A stretch of 63,952 bases of DNA, filler included, from Aduncisulcus paluster (lineage: Eukaryota): assembly GCA_024181965.1 (NCBI GenBank). It is 9 parts of 9 records of this genome, joined end to end, with 100 filler letters (N's around TTAATTAATTAA, not from the genome) between each part and the next. Parts side by side here need not be neighbours in the genome. Positions count along the whole stretch, not along the records: positions 22,650 to 27,642 come from BQXS01011229.1; positions 27,743 to 38,012 come from BQXS01011230.1; 7 more parts are not named here. One strand, written 5' to 3'. How positions within the stretch are numbered: the first letter of the stretch is position 1; every line of letters starts with the position of its first letter. The position numbers were made by a program, and so were the translations under genes. Under the pieces are notes generated by a model. The model did no database searches and was not told where the DNA came from. It saw only the letters and a list, made by a program, of their open reading frames with translations. Below are positions 24,388 to 35,640 of this stretch, piece after piece.

Positions 24388-27343
24388 GACGGCCATGGTG
24401 AACCTGTCCTGGACTTGGTGGCGGATTATGTCTGTGCTATGGAGAAGATGACGAAGCGTTCTGGTCGTGACGCATGGAATGAGTCTCAAACTCGACGTGC
24501 TATTGACTTGGTTGTGGATGGATTGAGACCTGTGGAATTTGGTGACAAGATCCGTGAAGACATTAGTGATTGTTTCAGACAATATGGTGTGTCTGGTAGT
24601 GCTTCTAGTAGTTCTTCGGAACTGAAATATGGTGAAGACACGTTGGTAAGTGTTTTCTCGTATACCTTGAGATTGGTGCAGGATGCGGATAAAAGTCGGT
24701 CTATTGGTGCTGCCCTGGTAGGAAGATCTGGAGATATCTTAACTAAGAGACGTTATGGTGGTTCTGTTGGTGACGTGGATGATTTGGATCGGAAGTTCAA
24801 GATGGAAAGAGCTGATGGTGGTCGTGGACATCTTCGTGAAGGCTCAAGTCTTTCGAACAGCTCTAGTAGTGATAAATTAATGCCTTTATGTCCGTATTTT
24901 GGTTTTGGTGACCACTTCCCGTGGAAATGTACGAATTGTGTGGACACAAAAGGTAGACGTCTGGTTTTGGATGAAGAACAATGGTCTGTGTATGGTGAGG
25001 CACTTAACACTTCTTAATCTGGTGGTAAAATGGGAACATTTACTCGTTTTAGAGAGATGTGTAAACCGGAAGAAGCTCTGGCTCGTAAGAACTCTTTTGT
25101 TGACGCTGCACAAGCAAGCTATCAGGAGGACTTGCGCAGAGCGCATGCAAATGCGAACAGAAATGGTGGTTCTGGTAGATACGGCGGACATGGTGGTTAT
25201 GGCCGTGGAGATAGTGGAAGATCCCGTGGTGGTTATCGAGGTGATCGTGGAGGTCGTGGCCGTGGTGGTGAGCGTAGAGGTCAATTAAAATGACGTCCAA
25301 TGCACTGGCAGCCTCGTGAATCGGTAAAATGCATTAAATGTGGGAAATTTGGTCATTACTCACGAAACTATACGAACCCTCCACTCCCTCTGGAAGAACA
25401 GCGGAAAATCATGGATGAATTAGCCAAGGGAAGTAAAGAGGTTGATAAGTATTTGGACGAGATCATAGAATCTTATAATAATGGTGATTTGACCTTTTAC
25501 TATCCTGATGGTGTGGCTATGGAGATAAATTCGGATAATTGGTGGAGAGAAGTAATTCGAATGGGTTATATAGTATACGTCTTTATTCGGCTCGTGGTAT
25601 TGAAGGAATTGTTTGGAGGACGTGTAATAAGCGTCGACATGGTAGTGCTGAATTGGAGTATGGAAGACGTGATTTTGGTAACAGAAAAGGATCAGTGGAG
25701 GAGGAAAAGCGATTTTTTGACTCTAAGAAAAGTATTTTTACTATGACAAGTAGTNNNNNNNNNNNNNNNNNNNNGATAAGTATTTGGACGAGATCATAGA
25801 ATCTTATAATAATGGTGATTTGACCTTTTACTATCCTGATGGTGTGGCTATGGAGATAAATTCGGATAATTGGTGGAGAGAAGTAATTCGAATGGGTTAT
25901 ATAGTATACGTCTTTATTCGGCTCGTGGTATTGAAGGAATTGTTTGGAGGACGTGTAATAAGCGTCGACATGGTAGTGCTGAATTGGATTATGGAAGACG
26001 TGATTTTGGTAACAGAAAAGGATCAGTGGAGGAGGAAAAGCGATTTTTTGACTCTAAGAAAAGTATTTTTACTATGACAAGTAGTAATTCTGGTGGTATT
26101 GGTGGTGATTTAAAAAGGTTGTGTCCGTTGGAACGGAAAGTAACTCAATATCGTGATCCTGATGTTGATGAACCTTGAATGGATGATGCTGATGAAATGA
26201 AAGCTGATAAAAAGGCTAGAGAGACTATGGATGACCTGCGTATGGTGGATGGTTATGGTGAAGCTTTGGAGTACATCCAGAGATCGAAAGGTCGTGTTAT
26301 TGGTGTAACAGATGAGCAATTTCCAGTAGAAGCTTTGTCTGGTGGTGTTCCCTTCAATGCTGCAAAGCCTTTGGTTGAATCTAATTGGGTTCCTGGAGAT
26401 ACGAGTTCTGTGGTGAAGTATAGAGCAGCTGAAAGTGTTTGTAAAGACCGTGTGGTGGATATGGATGAAGTTAAACGTTCTATAAACGCTTTACAAGCTC
26501 GTGGTGAAGTGAAATGTATGACTTTTACTGGTGGTGATGATAAAAATGCTGGTGTTGTGAATGTGACTGCTCATGTGTTTAATACTGGTTCAAATATGGT
26601 GAAATGTTTATTTGAAACTGGTGCTGACGTTGCTATGGTGAGCGAAGAGTGGTTAAAACGTTGTGGTTACTCGATGGACATGGATTTTTCGTCTCTGTCG
26701 GAGAAATTGAAAAAGAAGCTGTTTAAGGACTTTATTGTGAAAGCAGACACTCCGTTGAAGGTGATTGTATTTGGTGGTGGTATTATAACATGTACACACT
26801 TTGTGGTTCTTAAAATCTGTGCTCTTCGTGGTGAAGGAAAGAAATTCAATCAAGCAACAATGTCTCGTGGTTATGTGACGTTTTGGTTATCTTCTTGGTT
26901 ACAATGTGATGTTCCTTTATTGGTTGGCCGCAATGGTATGCAAGGATTGAGATTGGACCTTGATGTTGTGGACGTTCGTGGTTATCGTCAACATGCAGAT
27001 CAGAAAGCTGAAATTGAATTGGTTTTGGGCCATTTATTGGAGAAAGTTGGTCAAGATCGGTCTGGTGCCGACATCGTAACCAACCGTTCCCGGTTTTTGG
27101 AAATGCTACAACCAAATAAGAAACCAAGAATTGAAATGAATATTATCATAATACAAATTAAAACGACATTTAAATTTTTTCAGCTTTGAAAATGAACTTG
27201 AAATTCTTATTTTTTTTGAGTTGGCTATTTTTCTTTTTTCTTTGTCTAGAGTTTATTAATGAATATGATATATTTTAATTTTATATATTGGTATGCATAA
27301 TATTTTCATTTAAATCGCTTTAATGGTGAAATTATACCCAGTT

Positions 27344-27642
27344 TTATCTTTTATTAATACTCAACATTGCATTCTGGAAAAGAGAGTTTAGAGATTGTTT
27401 GGACCTAGATGGTGAATTAAATCTTTGGATGACACTAAAAAATCTTTCAATGGCGGCTCCACTAAGAGGAATGGTCCTCAATATTGAGGCTATTGGAAAT
27501 AGGTGGGGATAGTCCTTTGTTAAATCCATTGGCATTCCAGCTTCAACATCATCACAATATTCTCTTAATTGACACATTTGAATATCACTTAAATTAATCT
27601 TTGCATAGAATAACCCTTTTTCCAATTTTTTGGGATCCAAAT
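27344..27642 (-). mobile_element. hAT-family transposase C-terminal dimerisation domain (fragment)
   Basis: YPHLFPIASILRTIPLSGAAIERFFS...RSKQS matches the hAT dimerisation signature (P.S.A..ER.FS). Confidence 0.85.
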
Positions 27643-27742
27643 NNNNNNNNNNNNNNNNNNNNNNNNNNNNNNNNNNNNNNNNNNNNTTAATTAATTAANN
27701 NNNNNNNNNNNNNNNNNNNNNNNNNNNNNNNNNNNNNNNNNN

Positions 27743-30715
27743 GCTGAAACTTGCGTGAAAGTTGAGTTATATGTGTATATAATAAGATACATTGTTCCAA
27801 CGGTGTCAGAGTCGGTGTCAGAGTCGGTGTCAGAATCGTCAGCAACAAATTTAAGCTGATACGAAAGCCATGAAGCGAATTGAAAGATACCAAATTCATC
27901 AGCAGATCTTACCATTATAATCGGTAAACCAGGAACCATCAGAGTCCCGCACGAATAAGTATAACAGTTCTCAACGTCCACCCAGACAGCTCCAACAGGC
28001 AATAGAGAAGACATCGTTGATGTTGTATTTGAGGAAGAGGAATCAGTATTTTTAGAATCAGAATCGGAACCAACGTATTCAGCTTTGACCACTGAAATGG
28101 CGGTATACGTTGGGATAAAAACGACGTTATAGAGTGTATCAAGAGATCCATATGGAGGTTGAATATCAGAAACAATCATGGCTTCTCCAATCTTTTCGAA
28201 TTCATGGGATTTTGTCAATATTCTTACTGTTGATCCCTTACCAGCACTAATATATAGAGATTTATCCTTATCAATCGAATGACCAATGATATCCAATTGT
28301 GAATATGGATCCAACGTTATTTGGTCGTATTTGTCGTCAAAATCAAGAGTAATTTTGGCACTAGATGAAGGTAAGGATAATATTTTCCAACTATCATCCG
28401 AATAGTTTGGTAAAGAACACCTTCGTATTGTCAGATCAAACGATTGTCGATAATACTCATCACAAATACATCTATTGGTGGATTCATCGCATACACCGTG
28501 CCCACAATTATCAATTGAACACTCATTTTCTGCATTAATTACGACTTTTGAGGAAGTCAGTGAGGAACCAATGCGAGTCGGTTCGAAATGCATCTTAAAG
28601 GCATCATGAGACGAAGATCCGACACCGATTACGACTTCATCCATGAGAATAATCTTGACCGTTACAATCTTGAACGAATTTTCATCTTCACGAAATGATA
28701 TATAACCAAAGTCAGCATTATCAATGTCATAAGTTGATGAGGAGGAACTAAAAATAGCATCAGTGACAACATGGACACTGATTTCTGTTATTCCAGAGAT
28801 TCCAACAGTAATACAAGGTGAGGATTGTGATTCGTATTGAAGACCAATGAAAGAACTTGAATAAGGACCCAAAAATGGATTAAACAACTGTTGTGTGATG
28901 AAAAAATTGTCAGGAACAGCATCATTAAGTGGAGCTTCAATCCGAACCTCAATAACATTTCTATTTTTAGAACCATTCTGATATATGAAACCGAATCCAT
29001 CGATCAGCGTAGGATCAGTCTCATTGAAATACACTTTAACGTATCCGAATTGGAGATAAGGATCTTCCTGGAGTATATTGAACATGCCTGTGAAACCATG
29101 TGGATAATTTAAGATGTGAGCACATGAATACGAAGTTGAAGGGAAATTTGGGTCAAGATATTCAGAATAACACTCAATAACATCATCATCAGAATCATCA
29201 GAATCACCGTAGTCTAAAATTAGATCAAATGAGGATCGATTAAATGAATCTAAAAATAGATCACTGTGCCAGGATGTGAAAGGAACTCTAAATAGATCAA
29301 TACCATGCATCGATATTGTGAAAGCTCCAGAAAGAGACGAAGAGGAGGAACTTGAATTCTCATAGATATCAGTGTCAAGATGAACAAGACCTCGAATAGC
29401 TCTCACACCGTTTCCACATCCCTGAATAGAAACCTTTTTATCAGATTTGAGCATTATACTTGTCACATTGATCGAATCGCCTTCGAGACCAATACAGGCA
29501 CCATATAAAATATGTTTAAAATCTGAGGATGAAGAAGAACTATTATTAGAACTGCAATCGGTGTTGTAAAATACACTAATTTCTCCAGTAGATTTCAATT
29601 TGAAAACCAGGGGCATTGTTTCGAGTTGTGAAGAAGAAACCTCTCGTAATATACTAATCCACAGGGTATCCGAGATCATTTGGTTATTGTCAGACTCAAA
29701 AAAGTAATCAACATAAAAATCAGAATTAATTCCTCCAAATTCATCACAATTGAATAGAATATCACTTATATCAGCACTATAAAAGGGAGATGCCTCTGAG
29801 AATGTTCCTAAAATAGAATATGAGATATAATCTTCCCCAGAATTAGATAATATCACACCAAATTGAATCATATTATTGCTATAAGATCTACACTCAACTC
29901 GGATGCTATCAACATTAAGAAGGGAAAAGGATACGTCTTGGACTTCTGATTCTGAAGTATCAACCGACCAAATAGTCATTTGAAGATTATCCTCAGAAAT
30001 CCCAAGAATTTCTGTTGTGGCATAAGAATAGTAGAGTTCATCAATATTTATATCAGAATATGCTTCTGAAGATTCTATAAATAGTACAATAGCATCGATA
30101 TTTGGATCGGTGCTGGTGTCAGGATCTGTGTCAACCAGTGCACTAAAAATAGACTTAGTAGAATCGATATTAATAGAATTGCTAAATTTAGGCTCAGGTG
30201 GAAGTATTTTTGTATTCCAATTTTGTGCATTTATCTCCGACACAGTCATATTCGTAAATAAAAGTTGACCTAAAGCGTGTTCAGGAATAAAATGAACAAA
30301 ACTCATATCTGTAATATTGTCAACCGTTGTTATCGTGGAAGAGGAAGAGGAAGAAGAAGAGGAAGAGGTAGAAGATATTTCAGTTTCTTCGTAAAGGAAA
30401 GAAACTAAAGCTGGATATTCCTCTGTTCCATTCATAGCCACAGTCAACACAGTATTATAAACAATAATTCCAGAAACAATAGTGTCAGATTTTATGAATA
30501 TTAGCTGAATTGAAAGATAGGGATACTCACCGAGAACAATATCAAAAGATGACGCGGAAATATCAGCAATCTCATCGGTACCAAGATCTAATATTAGATC
30601 ATTGATACTGATTTCTATATATATCCTGAGTGAGAAAGATTCTTTGGTGAACATATCAATGACAAACACGCCAAATGCAGTATTATTTGAGTCAGAAGAA
30701 GAAGAAGAAGAAGAA

Positions 30716-30747
<32 letters not shown>

Positions 30748-31875
30748 AGAGGAAGAAGAGGAAGAAGAGTCATTTGAATTCAAGGTAAAATAAGCTCGTA
30801 TTTTGTGAATGAATACAATGTCTTTTGTGGAACCATCGCTCGTTCTCAATGGAATTGGTGATGTCAACGTAATCAAACTGCCTCTAATTATAGATTCAGC
30901 AAGAGCAATTGGTTCAAAAATAGATTTCCAATACATATTAGCTTGATCTGAATAAGCAGAAGACGAGGAATCTGCACTGGAATCAATAGAACTATAAATA
31001 TAATCAGGATGAATTGGGGAAGTGAACCTTGTGTCAATACGCTGAAAATATAGTTCACACGGGTTCAGACCTTCACAGTATTTAATGGAAGAATCAGTAA
31101 AAGGCAGGTTCTCAGCACGGATGGTTACAGAAACATCAGTATCGTTATAATAATGGAATACATAGACATCAAGGAATGTACTGACGATAAAACCAGCCAT
31201 TTTAGTCCCATTTTCGAAGGCTGCCATCCCGATGGGGTTGATTTCAGCTGAATCATCATAACTGAGATATACAACAGTATTGGACTCACTGCAAGAAACT
31301 CCTGAGAGTGTTATATTGTATATATTGGTCAACATTAAATCCGTGAACGCAAATTTAAGGATTTTGTCGGCCTCATTACATTCACAATACGCGTGGGAGG
31401 TCGTGTAACCGGAAACCATCCCCAATGAATAAATAAATGGGAAATTGATGAGTTCTGCTGTATTGTAAGGTCCATAGATGAAATTGGTGAATATTTCATC
31501 CGGAACATCGGTCAGAGATAACGTATTAGTGGCACCAAGGATAAAAACTTTGGTATATTCGCTAAAATTGGGGAATTTTACATAAACTATATTAGGTGCA
31601 TCAATTTGGACATTTTTATCAGCGATTTCATCATTATAAAGCTCAGAATAGATGCGAACAGTATCATCATCACCTAAATACAACCATACATCTTCTGTAG
31701 ATGTAGTAGATAAAATACTAATATCAGAGCTATTCGAAACATGGATAACGCGTCCGGCCATGTCCGAAATTGTTTGTTTTCCGGACAATTTATAAAATCC
31801 ACTACCAGAATAACAACCATCAATAATAAAACAAATAACCAGGAAAAAAGAAATTAATATGTTTGAAAAAACCAT
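27743..31875 (-). CDS. Large secreted or surface protein with signal peptide, poly-Ser linkers and an EGF-like module (3' truncated)
   Basis: MVFSNILISFFLVICFIIDGCYS signal-like start; CSIDNCGHGVCDESTNRCICDEYY; open for more than 1370 codons. Confidence 0.75.
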
Positions 31876-32526
31876 TCTATGGAATAAACAAATACAAAAA
31901 CAGTTGGTTGCTATACAATATAGGTGTTTTGAAATAATGATTGACACAAGCAGTAAAAATAAGTTATTCCCTATTTTTCATACAGCTGCTTTGCTTAATT
32001 AATAATTATTATGTTAATATTAAACTTCATTGCTTAATAATGGGAGTTTTTGGAAGGGAGATAATTGGGCAATTCTATTGGAAGAGAAATGTATAGATTT
32101 TATGATTAAACTGATTATATTGATGTTGTAGTTATTTTTTGTCGGGTTTAATCGGAAGATCCATTTAAATAAAGGCAGATAAGAGTTTTCGAAAATAATA
32201 CCAATTCCAATAGTATTATATTAAAATTATAGGAAGAAACAACTCAAATTATGAAAGTTAATTTCAGATCATATTATAAATTTCACAATAAATTTATATT
32301 TTGACTTCAAAATGAAAAACATTCATTGTAATGTTTTGGAAAGCATAGGGTTTTTGTTTTGGTTAAATTGTTTCAAGGTATGTTTCGTTTAAATGTAAAA
32401 TGTGATTGAATATGTTTTTATTTCCGTTATTTCATATGACATGACTGATTTTCCTATTAACAGTTAGTCCTATTAACACGATTTTTTATCGATTAAATAA
32501 TATTATAAATATAATAATATTAAAGT

Positions 32527-35067
32527 ATGCACCAGTCTAAACATTCCGAGACCGGATTCAAAGAACTATATGTTCAAAAAGTATCTACAGGGCGAATTAA
32601 ATTGGATCCATTAACTTTGACTTCATATTCAGATATAAAAGAACTTTGTATTCTTGGAAAAGGTGGATTTGGTCAAGTCGAACTTGTAAGTATAGAAGGG
32701 ATTTCTGAGCCTTGTGTTCTCAAAAAAATGCTTAAAGTTGGTGATAAAAAGGTTATTAAGAACTGTAAAAGGGAATTTATTACTCAAATTAGACTATTTA
32801 AGAATCCAAAATGCTCAAATCGTATCCCACGTCCTTTATTCATCCTTGATCTTCTCGATACTGCTTTTTTGGGTCTTTATGGATTCATCATGGAGTTTTG
32901 TATTGGAGGCAGTGTGAAAGATTTTGCCAGGAGTTGGGCTCTGATTGGAGATGATTCGTTTTTTGAAGAATACTCAGATACTGATTGTTCTTTTTTTAGC
33001 TTTGATCCGATATCTCTTGATCCTCTGAGAATTGCAGCCCTTTGTGTTGGAATGATTGAATGTCTTGATGATGTATTCACAGCTAAGCCAAAACTCATTC
33101 ATCGAGATATTAAACCTGACAACTTCCTTGTTCGTGTTGATCGAGATTCAAAGAGATGCACTGTTGTCCTTGCTGATCTTGGATTATCTCACATTAAAGA
33201 ATCTGTATACAGTTCAGTTTCTTCTCAAAGCTTTTCTTCAAATTCTTCCTCTTCTATTGATAAAAAAGAATCGAATCAGAATTCCATCTGTGGAACAATA
33301 GTATATAATTCATATGAAGCTCTTCAAGGGAGTCAAACTCAAATGAGTGATGCTTACTCACTCGGGATGACAATTTATTGTTTATTTGGATGGTGTAATC
33401 CTTTTGAGAAATGTCGATCACTTCAAGATCCTGACTTATCACCTGTTAAGTATGTAATACGTTTGAGGAAAATTTTGGCATCTGGAATTGAATTTCCCAA
33501 AATCTCTGACCTTCATCTGTTCAAATCCCTCAGAACCATTGAAGGTGGTAAGTTCACACCCATTTACAAGTGTTTGAATGAAGTATATGAAGGTTTGACT
33601 GAGTTTAATGTTGAAGAGCGTATGAGTGTCCATAAAGCATGTGAAAAAGTACAATCCATCAAGCATTTGTTACCAAGGATTGGAGAAGGGTGGAAATGTC
33701 CAACCATCGATGAAATTATTGAAACCAAATTGAAAAGCAAAACAATCCCAAAGTATGGTGAATCACATGAAATGAGAGATGTAGGATATTGTTATTATTA
33801 TTGTTCCTCAAAAGCTCCATCCTCTTCAATCTCTTCAAGTTATTCGATCTCTTCAAAAATTGAGAAAGATCATTCGGATGATTCGATTTCTAAGTCTTTT
33901 TCTTGTTCAGGTGATCAGGTGATATCTGGATCAAAACATGACCAATCTGTTTCTCAAGATGAATTGGCTGGCTATGATCTCCTAAAAATGGTTGATTCAA
34001 TCGAAAATGAAATTGAAGAAATTCAGAAAAGGGCACAAGAATCATCCCCTATTGTTATGTTTGTTTCTGGAAGAAAATCATTATTATATCGGAAATATAA
34101 AGAAATTATTTTAGCCTTTTTTCAAGATTGTTTGTATTCGCGAACTACGATAAAAGAACAAAAAACGGAAATTATATTGTGCTGCAAATTTCTTAATATT
34201 TTGACGATTCATGTAAATATATTTTCTCCGACTCACAAAATCTTTCTCCCTATTCCTGATCTGAATGATCTCATTGGCACTTTCATTGATCATCTATCAA
34301 GATGCGAGGAAGTGTTGGAAGGAGATGTTAATGAAGAGTATTGTAGCATTTGTGCAAATTATACTTTCAAAGTTAAAGATAAAAGGGATTTTTTCTTTGA
34401 TAAATCAAATCTTATATTAATTCACATTCTTGAAAGAAAGAAGAAAACAAGCACAAAGAATATGTTCGAAATTGTTCCTATTTTACGAAAATTGTTGACG
34501 GTTCTTATGAATTTTTCCCTTTCTTGTTCAACTAAGCATAGGATTTCCATCATTAACGTTTTTATCAAACCATATTTCAGTTCAAAGTTAATTATCTGTG
34601 CTGATAGCAAATGCTATGGTTTAATTATGCGAATTATGGCATTTTCTACATGGTCATCCGAAGAAAAAGCACCCATCAAATCCCTTTGTTCTGAAGCCTG
34701 GCCTCTCTTCCACCCTGTTCTTGATGTTGTTAAAAGAGAATTTGTTGGTGATAAGATTGTTGAGGATGGTCATGAATTGGTGATTTTCTTCATTTCCAAT
34801 TTATGTTATGATCCATCACATATTCATGAAATTTACGACAATATAAAAGATCTTCTTGATGGTTGGTTTGAAGCCATCAAGAAAAAAGAGCATAAGGAAG
34901 GAATCAGATTCTGGTCTCGATTAATTTATATATTATCAAAACAACCATCGATAATCCCTCATGTGTCTAAATATGACCATGAAATGATATGGTGCAGAAG
35001 ACACGGTGCAACAACCTCTGATTATAACCTATATATCAAAAATTATTCACATTGTAATATCTGTTGA
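32527..35067 (+). CDS. Intact lineage-specific Ser/Thr kinase with C-terminal helical domain
   Basis: GKGGFGQV, CVLKK, HRDIKPDN, ADLGL, GTIVYNSYE, SDAYSLG; C-terminus homologous to 3900-4890. Confidence 0.9.
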   Translation: MHQSKHSETGFKELYVQKVSTGRIKLDPLTLTSYSDIKELCILGKGGFGQVELVSIEGISEPCVLKKMLKVGDKKVIKNCKREFITQIRLFKNPKCSNRIPRPLFILDLLDTAFLGLYGFIMEFCIGGSVKDFARSWALIGDDSFFEEYSDTDCSFFSFDPISLDPLRIAALCVGMIECLDDVFTAKPKLIHRDIKPDNFLVRVDRDSKRCTVVLADLGLSHIKESVYSSVSSQSFSSNSSSSIDKKESNQNSICGTIVYNSYEALQGSQTQMSDAYSLGMTIYCLFGWCNPFEKCRSLQDPDLSPVKYVIRLRKILASGIEFPKISDLHLFKSLRTIEGGKFTPIYKCLNEVYEGLTEFNVEERMSVHKACEKVQSIKHLLPRIGEGWKCPTIDEIIETKLKSKTIPKYGESHEMRDVGYCYYYCSSKAPSSSISSSYSISSKIEKDHSDDSISKSFSCSGDQVISGSKHDQSVSQDELAGYDLLKMVDSIENEIEEIQKRAQESSPIVMFVSGRKSLLYRKYKEIILAFFQDCLYSRTTIKEQKTEIILCCKFLNILTIHVNIFSPTHKIFLPIPDLNDLIGTFIDHLSRCEEVLEGDVNEEYCSICANYTFKVKDKRDFFFDKSNLILIHILERKKKTSTKNMFEIVPILRKLLTVLMNFSLSCSTKHRISIINVFIKPYFSSKLIICADSKCYGLIMRIMAFSTWSSEEKAPIKSLCSEAWPLFHPVLDVVKREFVGDKIVEDGHELVIFFISNLCYDPSHIHEIYDNIKDLLDGWFEAIKKKEHKEGIRFWSRLIYILSKQPSIIPHVSKYDHEMIWCRRHGATTSDYNLYIKNYSHCNIC

Positions 35068-35640
35068 GATTTTTAATCACAAGAATGTACTTTCACAAGC
35101 TTGGAAAGGAGATTTTGTTTGGGGATGGATTATTTGTCTCCTCTCTGATTGATGCTTACGATTCTGATAACTTTTAGAAATTCCCATAAATAAGAGAATA
35201 TGGATGTTACACAGAAAATGATTTCTGGATAACTTAAATAAACTTGACATCAACTTGATGATTAAGAGAGAAGCCTCTTGAGATCCTTGAGAGACATCCA
35301 ATTCATAGAAGTTGAGATGTCATTGTGACCGCAGTAAATTTCGGAGAACCAATAATTTATTGATCTTACACCACACGTCAACAATATAACTGTGTGGACT
35401 GTAAACTAAGTGAGAGGAAAATTCCAGTCTTGGGCAGAAAAACAAGGTTATCAAGAAGTTTTATTTCAGTTGCCACCGATTTAGTGGAGATCCACAATAA
35501 TGGCCAGATCGTCAACCGAGCTTGGAGGCAACAAAGATAAAGCGTTGTAAGATATATTTTGTTGTGTCTTCAAAGAAACTAACGAAAAGTCAAAACGAAA
35601 TATAAAACTTACACCACTACAATAGTAGAAACACTCATAA

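Larger units (their letters stand above)
22650..27120 (+). mobile_element. Degenerate LTR retrotransposon (PBS, gag with Zn-knuckle, aspartic protease), interrupted by a YR cassette and 3'-truncated
   Basis: gag 23001-23579 joins in frame to 24388 onward; RGG-rich region; CIKCGKFGHYSRNY (CCHC relic); CLFETGADVAMVS...LLVGRN protease; in-frame stops at 25015, 25291, 26176 and a frameshift near 25540. Confidence 0.75.

Noticed and set aside
24065-26178. Alternative genetic code (TGA/TAA reassigned)
   Set aside because: Conserved host genes have no in-frame stops and terminate with TAA, TGA and TAG; in-frame stops are confined to TE relics
23001-27189. A native YR retrotransposon (DIRS/Ngaro/VIPER) with YR-gag-PR order
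   Set aside because: The YR splits a continuous gag frame and a tRNA PBS is present, which favours an insertion into an LTR element
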